NCBI GenBank assembly: GCA_964016885.1
Contig: OZ024742.1
Location: 362,018,001-362,082,000 of the forward strand
Source of the DNA: Eledone cirrhosa
Lineage: Eukaryota
DNA length: 64,000 nucleotides
Direction: 5' to 3'
The stretch's first letter is position 1, and each line of letters starts with the position of its first letter. The translations under genes and the position numbers were made by a program. Shown in pieces: positions 12,500 to 27,386 of the stretch. Below the pieces are notes generated by a model. The model saw nothing but the letters and a program-made list of their open reading frames with translations. It was not told where the DNA came from and ran no database searches.

Positions 12500-14117
12500 T
12501 CCCTCCCCCTCTCCCGTCTACTCCTCCGCCCCTCTCTCTCCCTCTCTGCCTCTCTCTTCCTCCCTCTCGCCCCTCACTCTCAACATATTCTCTCCCTCCT
12601 CCCCGCACACTCTACTCCTCTTTGTCTCTCTTTCTTATTTCATTCATATTCTCTTCCCGCCTACATTTTCATCTTTCTCCTAAATCTCTCTCACCACCTC
12701 TTTCACATTACCATCTCCCTCTCACCACCTCTCTCTCACCACCTCTCTCACCACCTCTCTCACATCACCACCTCTCTCTCTCACCACCTCTCTCTCACCA
12801 CCTCTCTCTCACCCCCTCTCTCACCATCTCTCTCTCACCACCTCTCACTCTCACCATCTCTCTCTCACAATCTCTCTCTCACCATCTCTCTCTCACCATC
12901 TCACTCACCACCTCTCTCACATCACCACCTCTCTCTCAACACCTCTCTCACATCACCATCTTTCTCTCACCACATCTCTCTCACCACCTCTCTCACACCA
13001 CTTCTCTCACCATCTCTCTCTCTCACCACTTCTCTCTCACCACCTCTCTCACATCACCATCTCTCTCTCACCACCCTTCTCTCTCACCACATCTCTCATC
13101 ACCGCCTCTCTCTCACCACTTATCTCTCTCAACACCTCTCTCACATCACCATCTCTCTCTCACCACATCTCTCTCACCACCTCTCTCTCACCACTTCTCT
13201 CTCTCACCATCTCTCTCACATCACCATCTCTCTCTCACCACCTCTCTCACACTACCTCTCTCTCACCACCTCTTTCTCTCACCACCTCTCTCACATCACC
13301 ATCTCTCTCTCACCACCTCTCTGTCTCACCACTTCTCTCACCACCTCTCTCTTACATCACCAACTCTCTCACCACCTCTCTCACATCACCATCTCTCTCA
13401 CCATCTCTCTCTCACCACCTCTCTCACATCACCACCTCTCTCTCACCACCTCTCTCACATCACCATCTCTCTCTCACCACCTCCCTCTCTCACCACCTCT
13501 CTCTCATCACCTCCCTCTCTCACCACCTCTCTCTCATCACCTCCCTCTCTCACCATCTCTCTCTCCCCACCATCTCTCTCTCTCACCACCTCTCTCCCTC
13601 ACCATCTCTCTCACATCACCATCTCTCTCTCACCACCTCTCTCTCACCACCTCTCTCTCACCATATCTCTCTCACCACCTCTCTTTCACCACCTCTCTCT
13701 CACCATCTCTCTCTCACCACCTCTCTCACATCACCATCTCTCTCTCACCCCTCTCTCTCTCACCCCTCTCTCTCTCACCCCTCTCTCTCTCACCTCTCTA
13801 CCTCTCTCTCTCACCACCTCTCTCTCTCACCACCTCTCTCTTACCATCTCTCTCTCACCATCTCTCTCACCCCTCTCTCTCCCTAAAATTATCTCGCTTT
13901 GTGTCTCTCTCTCCTTACCCTCTCTCTTGCTACGTCTATCCCTCCCTCCTCTTTATCGCTCTCCTTGCGCTCTCTCCTCACTTTTCTCTCACCTCTTCTC
14001 ACTATCACTCATACCATTCACTATTCCCCCGCCTCTCTTTCTCCACCTCTTTCTTCCTCAGCCTCTCTTTTCCCCTGCTCCCTCTCTCTAACTCTCTCTC
14101 ACCACCCCTCCTTTCCT

Positions 14118-14211
<94 letters not shown>

Positions 14212-14535
14212 CTTTCTCCGCTTCTCGTTCTTCCTCAACCTCTCTTTTTCCCTACTTCACTCTCTCCCTGTCTCTCCCCTACGTCGCTCTCACCATCCCT
14301 CCCTAGCTATCTTTCTTTCCCTCTCCTTCTCCCTGCCTCTCTCTCCACCTCCCTCTCTCTCCACCTCTCCCTTCACCCTTTATCCCTCCCATGTCCCCAT
14401 CCCCTCCCTCTCTCCCTTCCTCGCAACCCACCTCCCTCCCTCGCTTTCCTCCTCCCTCACCCCTCCACCACCATCTCCCTCTCTCTCTATCCACCCCCAT
14501 CTCTCTCTCTCTCCACCCCGTCTCCCTCTCTCTAT
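12500..14535. repeat. CT-rich degenerate minisatellite / polypyrimidine tract
   Basis: Variants of CACCACCTCTCTCT from about 12690 to 13880, flanked by (CT)n-rich sequence; almost no G on the plus strand. Confidence 0.9.
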
Positions 14536-14647
14536 AACCAAGGAATCTCTGACGTAAAAAGCAGCTCAGAAGATGTGAAATGTGATTGTAGAGTGAGAAC
14601 GACTGAAGATTAACTTCATTTCATGCTTTAAATTGTTTAACTTGTCA

Positions 14648-14717
14648 AAACAACAACAACAACAGCAACAGCAACAATAACAACAACAACAACAACAACA
14701 GCAGCAGCAGAAGCAGC

Positions 14718-14759
<42 letters not shown>

Positions 14760-15030
14760 TGGATTAAAAAACAAAGAAAAAACAACAACGGCAATTAGTA
14801 AAAATCAAAATAAAACAAAATACAACAGAAACTACAACAACAACAACAACAACAACAGCAGAAACTACAATAACAACAACAACTACAATAACAATTACAT
14901 TAAAAGAAAAACAAAAAAGCAACAACGAAGACAATAAATAAAAACTAAAAACTAAAAGCAGCAACTACGCCAACAACAACATCATCAACAACAACAGCAA
15001 CTACAACAACAACAACTACGACAACAACAT
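14648..15030. repeat. (CAA)n/(CAG)n-rich microsatellite
   Basis: Directly visible. Confidence 0.9.
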
Positions 15031-15059
15031 CAATAAAAATTCAAAAAGTAATTATATTA

Positions 15060-15375
15060 AAAGTTGGTGTTTATGGGGATATTTCTAGGGTATAAAGTTA
15101 TAGATAGATAGATAGAATGATTTGTGTCGAGGAAAGGGTGGATCAGAGAGTGTGGTGTTGTGGTGGAAGGCAAGCCCTTGAGGTGCAGTGTTAAAAGTGG
15201 TGATGAGTTCAAATCTGACATTGTTATATACTAGGTTTAAAGCTTTGGAAGGAGTGTCGGAAGCGGTGCTGGCACGACGCAAACACTTCCGATTTTTTTA
15301 TTAAGGAGGTTAAGGTTCGAGAAGATTATAGTATGGGTCTCTAGTAGACAGAGGTTACAGAATTTATTATAAATA
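15060..15375 (-). mobile_element. Naiad-type Penelope fragment (end of GIY-YIG, start of 3' UTR)
   Basis: Minus strand FCNLCLLETHTIIFSNLNLLNKK; similar to 19050-19220. Confidence 0.7.
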
Positions 15376-15377
15376 TG

Positions 15378-16215
15378 GATTAACTCCCCTTAATTACACA
15401 CCTACTTAAAACCACTGTAAATTCTCGCAGCAGAAAGAACCTATTCTATAAATATGTATTAAATAACACTGAGCCTCAATACGTTACAATCCTTTACTAC
15501 ATCAAACATTCAATACGAATACATCGTAACATATGTGATGGATGTGAAAACTATAACTTCCTTTTTCTGGATATGAAAATGGAGGTGGATGTGAAAACTA
15601 TAACTTTCTTTTTCTTTTTCTGCACACATACTAATTTGATCTATACAAAAAATACCCTCCCACTACAACCACCATAATACTCTTGCTTACCCGCTTAAAG
15701 TGCTTGTATTACATGTAATACCTTGCCACACAATACTCTTATATAAATGAGACACACTTGCATGCTCTATATATGACCAACGCATACACTATCTACTAGA
15801 TCTGATTATTGGACTATTCTCTTGCATTATCTGTGTTATCTGCCGCATGTATTTTAATTTTGATTTTAAATTTGATTTGCTATACAAATATAGTATAGTA
15901 TAATATATGTCGCTCCACTGTACATCAATATATATATATGTATCTGTATGTCTCTTGCGTTGGATAGGAGGTCAATTATATGTACAAGCATTAAAAAATG
16001 GTCCGAAGACACCAAGCCTAGGTTTGGATGAAACAATTGTAAGTGAATAAATGCTTTGAACATAGCTTTGATTCTTATGAATTCTATATAACTGCTCTGT
16101 AGAACAACTGATGTTCTTACATTGAGCTATTTATCTTACTGGTAATAAGGTAGTAATAAATTACTGACCTTCCCTGTTTATAGTTTAAAATATACATAAC
16201 TATAAATAGTATCCT
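15378..16215 (+). mobile_element. Penelope-like 3' UTR/pseudo-LTR with HHR-like motif at 15999-16045
   Basis: Near-identical inverted copy at 39500-40410; CCGAAGA ca-ccaagcc-ta-ggtttgg-at GAAA caattg TA. Confidence 0.7.
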
Positions 16216-16230
16216 ATATATTATATATAT

Positions 16231-16532
16231 ATATTGAAAGGATAACAAGGACAATTGATTACTCCTTCATTGCATTTATTGGTAGGTAACGCGCGTTTCG
16301 CCACTGATCAGCTCAAGGTTCGATCTGTATCGATCCTACCCGACTCAATAATCGGCGGCTCGACGGACCCTTTAAAATGCTATAAGAAAAGAGTCCGTCC
16401 AGCCGCCGATTATTGAGTCGGGTAGGATCGATACAGATCGAACCTTGAGCTGATCAGTGGCGAAACGCGCGTCACCTACCAATAAATGCAATGAAGGAGT
16501 AATCAATCGTCCTTGTTATCCTTTCAATATAT
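16231..16532. repeat. Fold-back palindrome, about 140-bp arms, each with a degenerate long-stem-II HHR
   Basis: Arms are reverse complements around a spacer of about 20 nt at 16372-16390; GAAA cgcgc GTY acct in each arm. Confidence 0.9.
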
Positions 16533-16904
16533 TACACTCTGTATAGCTCTACACCTCATCACAGAAGTGAACCTAAACATCGAGTGCTCTCCCGGGTGAA
16601 CCTGCACTAACTCCAAGTTACACCCCCTGGATATATATATATATATATATATATGAAAATAGAGAAATTAATGTAAGCAAAAGGCCGACAATAATTCAGA
16701 CATATAAGTGACTATAACATCATCATGAAAGGTTTTTAACGTAAGATAAGGGATAAATAATTCAATCTTAATTCAAAACAAGTCAAGAAGAAAAATTTTA
16801 GCCTCAGACTTTGTGTAAGCTGGGGAAAAAACCAATACAATCTTAACTCAAAATAAAATCAAGAAGAAATACTTAACCGACAATTTGGGTAAATCTACAA
16901 ATGC

Positions 16905-16979
16905 ACTATATAGTCTTAAAAGACTATTTCACGAAACTTTTCATTGGGGTTAGTTACGGTTGCATCGTTCATCAGTAGT
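16905..16979 (-). ncRNA. Type I hammerhead ribozyme with full stem III
   Basis: Minus strand acta CTGATGA acga..tcgt GAAA tagtctt-tt-aagacta TA tagt. Confidence 0.8.
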
Positions 16980-17206
16980 TCTCAACACGTTAACAAAATC
17001 TTACTGCTAAGATGCCAGAGGGGAATTTAAAAGCACGCAATGGAACAGCGTGTTGAATTGAAATAACAAAACACACATGGAGACAGTGTACCTTTTACAT
17101 ATATATATAAATATATATATGTAAAAGGTAAACAGAAATAACAACACAATCGGTACAGTATATGGAAGGTATATATTAGGTTAACGCTTGATATAGCAGG
17201 AAGAGG

Positions 17207-17244
<38 letters not shown>

Positions 17245-17245
17245 C

Positions 17246-17277
<32 letters not shown>

Positions 17278-17486
17278 TGTTATACTTGGGGAGGGTCATA
17301 TTTGCGTAATATTGCCAGAATTAATAACAGAACACACTCACTGTTTGGTTGGTTTTCGCTTCTCGCTGTCTTTTATATCTGCGATCTAACTTACTCGGTC
17401 CTCAATGTTGCCATTGACTGACCGACGGTCAAAAATAATACAAATACAATATAGACACAAACACATATATATAGTTTACATAATTT

Positions 17487-17526
17487 ACATAAATCTTTCG
17501 TTGCACATCTGCAACATCGTCAGTGG
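17487..17526 (-). ncRNA. Minimal hammerhead ribozyme in a Penelope-like 3' repeat (17278-17930)
   Basis: Minus strand cca CTGACGA t-gttgca-gatg-tgcaac GAAA gatt TA tgt. The flanks resemble 48078-48560. Confidence 0.65.
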
Positions 17527-17795
17527 TGTTATATTTTTTTCCCCCTCCTGTTGTGTTGTATGTCTACGCCATTTTTTTTATTCAGTCTGTCTATATATTT
17601 ATTTATTTATTTGCTTGTTTGTTTATTTTATTTTATTTTGTCTTCTTTGCGCATGCGTTTGCGTGTGTGTATAGTGTTATGTGTGCTGTGTGACTAGTGT
17701 GTATAGTGTTGTGTCTGCTAGGTGACTAGTGTGTGTTTATGTGCTTGTTGTTATTGTGCTTGTATATGTATTTATTTATCTTATTTTATTTTATT

Positions 17796-17834
<39 letters not shown>

Positions 17835-17944
17835 CTTATTTATACTTCTCTTAGGTCAGTGTTGTTTGTTTGGGTGTATAACAATATCTGTTTCGACACA
17901 CGATTTCATATAAAAAACCTCGCTAAACTATATATATATATATA

Positions 17945-18456
17945 TATGGAAAAGAATGAAACGAAATTTCATTTCTCTCTCTTAGTACGGCTAATACCTA
18001 AATATAAGTATGTATACGTACATACATATATGTGTACAGACGCACAGTACTATGTATATATATATACATACATGCACATATATATATATGTACGTATGGG
18101 TTTACCGAACATTTATTATAAAGTTCGGTTTGTTTGTAAACAAACAGCCCCAATTATGCCGTACAGTGCTCGGCAACCATCGTCGCCCTTTTGTTCAACA
18201 CTGACACAGGTATACGATGCTGACGATAGCCGATAAGCTTGAAACTAGTACATTGTTCCTGTATCAGTGTTGAACAAAGGGCGACGATGGTTGCCGAGCA
18301 CTACGGCATAATTCGGGCTGTTTGTTTACAAACAAACCGAACATTATAATAACTGTTGGGTAAACCCATACGTACATATATATATGTGTGCATGTATGTA
18401 TATATATATACATACTACTGTGCGTCTGTACACATATATGTATGTACGTATACATA

Positions 18457-18462
<6 letters not shown>
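17945..18462. mobile_element. Fold-back copy of the 4.2-5.3 kb family with an HHR at the apex
   Basis: Arms 18004-18210 and 18258-18462 are reverse complements enclosing cgatg CTGACGA tagccgataagctt GAAA ctag TA cattg (18215-18255). Confidence 0.85.
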
Positions 18463-18494
<32 letters not shown>

Positions 18495-18497
<3 letters not shown>

Positions 18498-20695
18498 TAC
18501 ACAATAATCAAAGCTATGTTCAAATTATTTTATTGTTGACAATCGTTTCTTGCAAGCTATCGTTTGGAATCATCGGAGCAGTAGCAATATTTGTACATAT
18601 AATTAACCTCCTATTCAACTGAACAATCATATAGATACATGGATATTAATGTTGTCAACAACAGTTTCATATTTACAGGGTGGAATGGATACGACATAGA
18701 TTACAAGTTGTTTACACGTCTAATTAGTTAAATCTCTTGTGTTATTAATATACATTATATTATGTTATAAGTGAATCCCATAAATATAAAATGCTATTAA
18801 TTTATATATTTAATTATAAATATAATTTATTTTTCTATATTACATTAAGTGTCTCATCATATTGTTATCTATCCATTACTGAATATAATATAAGCAAGCT
18901 ATAGTGGTTATATTAAATGGTGTTAGCTTTGTGTTTATTCTAAATAGTTATTGTAAAGTTGGAAATAAAAAGGAGTTAAGTAGAGTGATGAGCTGATCAA
19001 AGAGTGAGATGCTGTGGGGGCACTTATATGCCCATAATACCTAGAGGTGAGGTGTTAATGGTGGTGAGGAATTCAGATCTAACATTGTTATATATTAGCA
19101 GCTAGGTTTAAAGCTATGAAAAGTGTGTCGGTGGTAGTTCTGGCGATTTTCTATTTAGGAGGTCTTGCTTAGAATAGATTATTGTTCGGGTCTCTAGAAG
19201 ACAGAGGTTACATAATTTATTTGGTGGTTTATACGATGCGGCCCTATCTACTATCTCCCATTGAAGTGTATATGGTTTATTCCTAGTTTTCAGAGAGTGT
19301 ATGTAGCTAGATAAAGAAGTGGAGTTGGCTAGATTGTGTTTTTTGAAAGTGTGGAGATGCGAGTTACATCTCGTCTTGAAGCAGTTTAAAGTTGAACTGA
19401 TATATGTTTTAGAAGAGTTGTTTGTGTTGACCGTGCATGAGTAAATGATGTCTTTGATTAAGCAATTTTTACCTAAGGGGCAAGTTCTATTTGTTCTACA
19501 GTTACAGTTATTCTGTTAGTTTGCTTGCCGGTTACTATGTTGTGTAGATGCCTGGTTGTTAGGGATAGCATTAGTGTAATGATGATTGTCGTTCCCATTG
19601 TTATTAATTTCATTAGTGCTATTATCATTATTATTATTGCTACTAGAAATCTCTGGTACTATGTTGCCCTGTAAGTTTACCCCCTGCTGTGATTTAATTA
19701 GTTGGAAATAATTATTAATCTTCCTTTTATTACTACTAGCTATATGGTATGCGATGTTAGGTGTGGTAGAGTAAGAGATTTTAATGGTATTATTATTGAT
19801 AAGATTATAGTATTTGTGGCCGGTTGGGAAGTTTTTTTCTAGGATTGAGAAGAAAGCCTTCGGTAAGTTGGTAGAGATGTTTAGATTGAAAAGGGGGTTG
19901 AAGAATGTATTAGTTCTTCTATTTTTGTTTTTTTGTAATTTTATTTGAAGTATTGTTTATATTTCTGTATATATTATTATTGGGGTGTTTATTCTGGTGC
20001 GAGTTACGTTTGATATTACCCTTTGTATTAGAGTTAGAGTGACTAGTACTTTTATGATTTTTCCACCTGGCCATATTGTGAGAAATAATGTTGTAACTAG
20101 GTGATTTTATAGGTAGAAATTTCATTTTATTTTTATGTCCTGATTTAGCTAAGGCCTTATTATAGTATTGGGAATTATTGTTAAATGCGGTTTCGTTATA
20201 TGATAGATTAGAGATTCTATTTGATATTCCTTTAGTAATAGTTTAATATAGATTTAGGGTGGTTAGAGTTGATATCTACGTAAAGTAATTTTTCATTTGG
20301 TTTATGAAAGGGTGTATATATTTTAGAGTCCAGGTAAAGGGTAACATCAATGAAGTTAACGTTTTTAGTGTTTTTATCTAAGGTGGTACCCAAGTTGTAG
20401 TTTTTGAAAATTGTATGTAATTGTTTCCTAGTTTTTTCTATATTAATTTGTTATAGTCAATAAGAAGTAGTGCACCATCGAGGTAGGGTAGGTTCTTATG
20501 AATTTCATTTAAGAGATATAGGCCGAACAAATCGGTGACCTGCGCCGAGTCACTAGATCCCATAGTTATGTCAAAGTTGTTATGTGTATCCTTGCGGGTC
20601 CATAATTGATCTTCAAAAGTAATTATGGTTTTTCGGGCCGCAAGGATGACATCAATTTGGGATCTAGTAAGGTCACTATTGTTCATAGCCTTCAT
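18495..20695 (-). mobile_element. 5'-truncated Naiad-type Penelope-like retroelement (RT C-half, linker, GIY-YIG, 3' UTR with HHR at 18534-18580), frameshifted
   Basis: FDITMGSSDSAQVTDLFGLYLL (RT); CNCRTNRTCPLGKNCLIKDIIYSC; NSTSLSSYIHSLK..WEIV..CNLCLLE..LLNRK; CCGATGA..GAAA cgattg TC. Confidence 0.85.
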
Positions 20696-20698
20696 ATA

Positions 20699-20728
<30 letters not shown>

Positions 20729-20739
<11 letters not shown>

Positions 20740-21369
20740 AACATGGGGAGAAGAATACTGCATGGTTGCACATGGATTACATATTATAAAATTAGTCCCT
20801 CATCAGTGATTTGCCAACCATCATTGGTATTTCATCGCATTAAAAATCAGTACCTCAGGTTGGTGCGAGCAATAACTAAAATAATCTATTGGGACAAGTG
20901 AGTCGCGTAAAGCGAGTGAGACAAGTAAACAACATAGAAGGAAAAGCAAACCGAAGATGGGAAGAAAAACAAGCAACATGGTTATCCGATCAGCACAAGC
21001 TGGGTGAACTTCATGAGCGCTCAGAAAACAGACCTTTCGCTGTGAATGGGACGTGAGAAAGAAAGAATCCCACTCCTAGCGAACGGGAGGAAGTGAGAAG
21101 GGGAGAAACAGAGAGTGAGTGAGTGGAAGTGCGAGGAAGAAGTCAGTCGAGAGAAAGTGTGAACTGGCAGAGGGGACGAAAGAAGGTAAGAGAAACAGAG
21201 AGAACGGGGGAGCAGTAAGAGAGAAAGAGAGAAACAGATAATCGCAGTTTAGGTAAATATATATGAAAAACATGGGGAGAAGAATACTGCATGGTTGCAC
21301 ATGGATTACATATTATAAAATTAGTCCCTCATCAGTGTTTTGCCAACGATCATTGGTATTTAATCGCAT
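20729..21369 (-). mobile_element. Non-coding element with about 110-bp terminal direct repeat carrying the permuted HHR motif
   Basis: 20729-20840 is repeated at 21259-21369; the left end abuts (TA)n and a short TA run follows the right end. Confidence 0.75.
20797..20868 (-). ncRNA. Candidate non-circularly permuted hammerhead ribozyme, copy B
   Basis: Minus strand tcgca ccaacc tga ggta C tgatttt taa tgcga t GAAA tacc aatgat ggttgg caaatca CTGATGA g; stem I covaries with copy A. Confidence 0.6.
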
Positions 21370-21383
21370 ATACAGTATATATA

Positions 21384-21509
21384 TATAGATGTTGTACAGT
21401 CTCGGTTACACACGCTGTATTTATACAGATATAACTCCATATATATATATATATGGAGTTATATCTGTATAAATACAGCGTGTGTAACCGAGACTGTACA
21501 ACATCTATA
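21384..21509. repeat. Perfect palindrome centred on (TA)n
   Basis: TATAGATGTTGTACAG...ATAACTCC (AT)n GGAGTTAT...CTGTACAACATCTATA. Confidence 0.9.
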
Positions 21510-21591
21510 ATATATATACACATATCTCATATGTAGGAGTGTAACACGCCAGAAAATAGGAATTTCTCTGTAAATTGAGAAAAAGATAAAC

Positions 21592-21634
21592 ACTTTAATC
21601 GATTTTCAGATCTAATTGACTCTTCATCAGAAGT
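21592..21634 (-). ncRNA. Minimal type I hammerhead ribozyme
   Basis: Minus strand actt CTGATGA aga-gtcaattaga-tct GAAA atcgat TA aagt. Confidence 0.75.
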
Positions 21635-21938
21635 AGCATATATCATCACTGAACCACAAAGAAACATGTATGTATATATATATATATTTGTATATATAGA
21701 AATGACTCCTTCAGGTCATGAACTGTTCCATTCGTATGAAATATTCAGGCAATCTGATAAAATATATCAGTATCATCATTTATTATGTCTTTGGGATGGG
21801 TGTTGAGAGAGGTAAAGGATGGAGAGAGGTTGATATGAGGGGGTGGATAAGTAGAAGAAAGTAGTATAGAAAACGATGCAGGGATGGGGAGAAGAAGATG
21901 CCTGTATTCCATATCGAGAATTCAGCCATATTATATAT

Positions 21939-21986
<48 letters not shown>

Positions 21987-22076
21987 TAGAAGGGATATTT
22001 AATTTGTTGAAAATTCAACAAATATAAATGTTTATAACTGATTCAGAGCACTCGACAGTTTTCTGGAGTAAATATT

Positions 22077-22230
22077 CAATTATATTAAATAAATGGAAAC
22101 TATATTTATAAAACCATATTTATTCTATTATATATATTTCAAGGTACCAAAAAGTTTGGTACCCTTGAAATATATATAATAGAATAAATATGGTTTTATA
22201 AATATAGTTTCCATTTATTTAATATAATTG
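22077..22230. repeat. Fold-back palindrome centred on stem II of an HHR (family of 26609-26669)
   Basis: Apex GGTACC-aaaaagttt-GGTACC, then CTT GAAA tatata TA ATAGAATAAATATGGTTTTATA as in the 26.6-kb copy. Confidence 0.85.
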
Positions 22231-22287
22231 TATATATATATATTATTACTTCTGGCAATATTACACAAATATGACCCTCCCCAAGTA

Positions 22288-22355
<68 letters not shown>

Positions 22356-22371
22356 TTTTAATATAGATGAG

Positions 22372-22418
22372 ATTCTACAGGACTAGAACTGTTTCATTCA
22401 TTAGAAATCATCAGGAAT
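22372..22418 (-). ncRNA. Type I hammerhead ribozyme
   Basis: Minus strand attc CTGATGA t-ttc-taat-gaa-t GAAA cag-ttctagtc-ctg TA gaat. Degenerate relatives at 21703-21750 and 27665-27716. Confidence 0.75.
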
Positions 22419-23001
22419 TTGGGTATCAAAAAATAAAAATGGTATTTATAGGTCTCTACAAGTGGTAGGAGAGGGTGGGGAGTGGGATGGGTGTAGGTCA
22501 TTGGTTGATAGAAAAGGGAATTCATTAAAAGCTAATTCTACAAAGCTATAGTTTATTTTTATTTATATTTATTTATGTTTTTAGAGTAACAAGGGCAGAC
22601 AGAATTCTATAAACAGGTTCCGGATGGCATACCATACCTTGTCATTAAGTTTCTCTGAAGCTAACAGATGTCTATAAGATCAGTGGGGGGTCAGTCATGG
22701 TCGATAGAATTAAAGAAAAGGGAGATTCTTTAAAAGCTCAAATCATTAAGGTTCTACCAAGTGACAAAGGTTTAGAGAATTCTGTAGACAGATTCAAAAT
22801 ACTGAGTGCATATCTTACAATTATCTTCGAACTTCTCTTAAACTAATCAACTATATGCCAAAAATCAACAGACACATTCACAAAAAAACATACTCACTCA
22901 CACACTCACGCGCAACCATAAACACACATACACATACACATATACACACATAAAAACACACACACATATATATACATATATTTATATACATACATATACA
23001 T

Positions 23002-23054
<53 letters not shown>

Positions 23055-23177
23055 TATATATACATACACACACACATACATATATATACACACACACACA
23101 CATATATACACATAAATACACTCACACACATATATATATGTGTATGTATATATATATGAATATATGTATGAATGGTG

Positions 23178-25835
<2,658 letters not shown>

Positions 25836-25920
25836 TAAATAAGATCTATATTAACGCATAATCATTTATGTACTAAATAGATTTTTAAAAATAACGATAT
25901 ACAATGTCTTATACTACAAT

Positions 25921-26102
25921 GTGGATTGGCAGTACCGGTAGAGAGTCGGACACCATGCTTTGAAGCATAGATTTACGTCCTTTTATGATCTGAGTTCAAA
26001 TCCCGCCGAGGTTAACTTTGCCTTTCATCCTTACGGGGTCAATAAAATAAAGTACCAGTAATGTACTGGGTAATTGCTGGCCTTGTGCCTAAAATAGAAA
26101 CA
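25921..26102 (+). mobile_element. SINE family A
   Basis: Colinear with 8385-8567. Confidence 0.85.
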
Positions 26103-26608
26103 ATTATATTTATAACTGCACTCATTATAATATTAAAATATATGCGAAAAATATATCCACTCGTATATGTAAATACAGGGTATTTTTCACATATCATATG
26201 GTTGTAATTGCTTCAATAAATTAATAGTTCTCAATTTAATACAATACATTATAATTCTCACCTAAATATTATGAATACTTCCATATTAAAAATTAAATAA
26301 TTGAATAAATATAATTATATCATTTTTTCTATACCCATGTAAATATTTTTGGGTGTATATATGCATATTTCTATAAATAATTCTAAAATAACTCTACAAT
26401 ATTTTTTTCAAATTTAATAGCAAACGCTTTCAAAGAATTTAGATAAATATTTAAAATCTATCTACCGTCTAAATTTAACGGATCTTTTCAGTTTAACGTT
26501 ATCCTCATTAGCATATTTCCCATGAGTTTTGACAAATTATATTCACTATCTTCACTGAACTTATAACATAAAGTATCTCATATGTCAGTATCTTTACACC
26601 AATTATTA

Positions 26609-26669
26609 TATTTTATCTGACGAAAGCGTACTCAAATATTAGTACCCTTGAAATACGTATAATAAAATA
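26609..26669 (+). ncRNA. Type I hammerhead ribozyme, intact
   Basis: tattttat CTGACGA aag-c-gtact-caaatatt-agtac-c-ctt GAAA tacgta TA ataaaata. Confidence 0.85.
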
Positions 26670-26704
26670 AATATGGTTTTATAAAGATATTTTCTATTTA
26701 TAAG

Positions 26705-26750
<46 letters not shown>

Positions 26751-27335
26751 AATAAATCTTATTCGTCGCACCACTGATTCTCCGTTTCTTATGTGATATT
26801 ATACTCTGCTCTGTAAGAGCATCAAGTGGTCAAACGGCATACCGCTTACGGACGATTTGAGCATCCCACACCAATTATATATATATATAGCTTGAAACTA
26901 AAAACCGTATCATTTGTACTGCCTCTCTGTTTTTTGTTCTCTGTTCATTTAATACCAATGAAGGTTGGAAAATCACTGATGAAGGACTATTTTTTCATAT
27001 GTAACCCATGTGCAACCACGCAGCACTCAATTCTTCTCATGTTTATATATATATATATGTATATATGTATATGATGTATATGTATATATGTGTACATTAT
27101 ATATATATATATGTATATATATATATGTATATGTCTGTATATATGTGTATATGTATGTATGTGTATATATATTTGTATGAATGTATATAAAAATATAAGA
27201 AATGAAAATATATATATATATGTATATTTATATATATATATATATATATACACGTATATATACATATATATATAAATATTTATTATGTATACATATATAT
27301 ATATGTATACATGTATATATATATATATATGTGTT

Positions 27336-27386
<51 letters not shown>

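Noticed and set aside
12484-14091. 535-aa S/L/H/P-rich ORF
   Set aside because: Translation of a low-complexity minisatellite that rarely forms stop codons; no domain.
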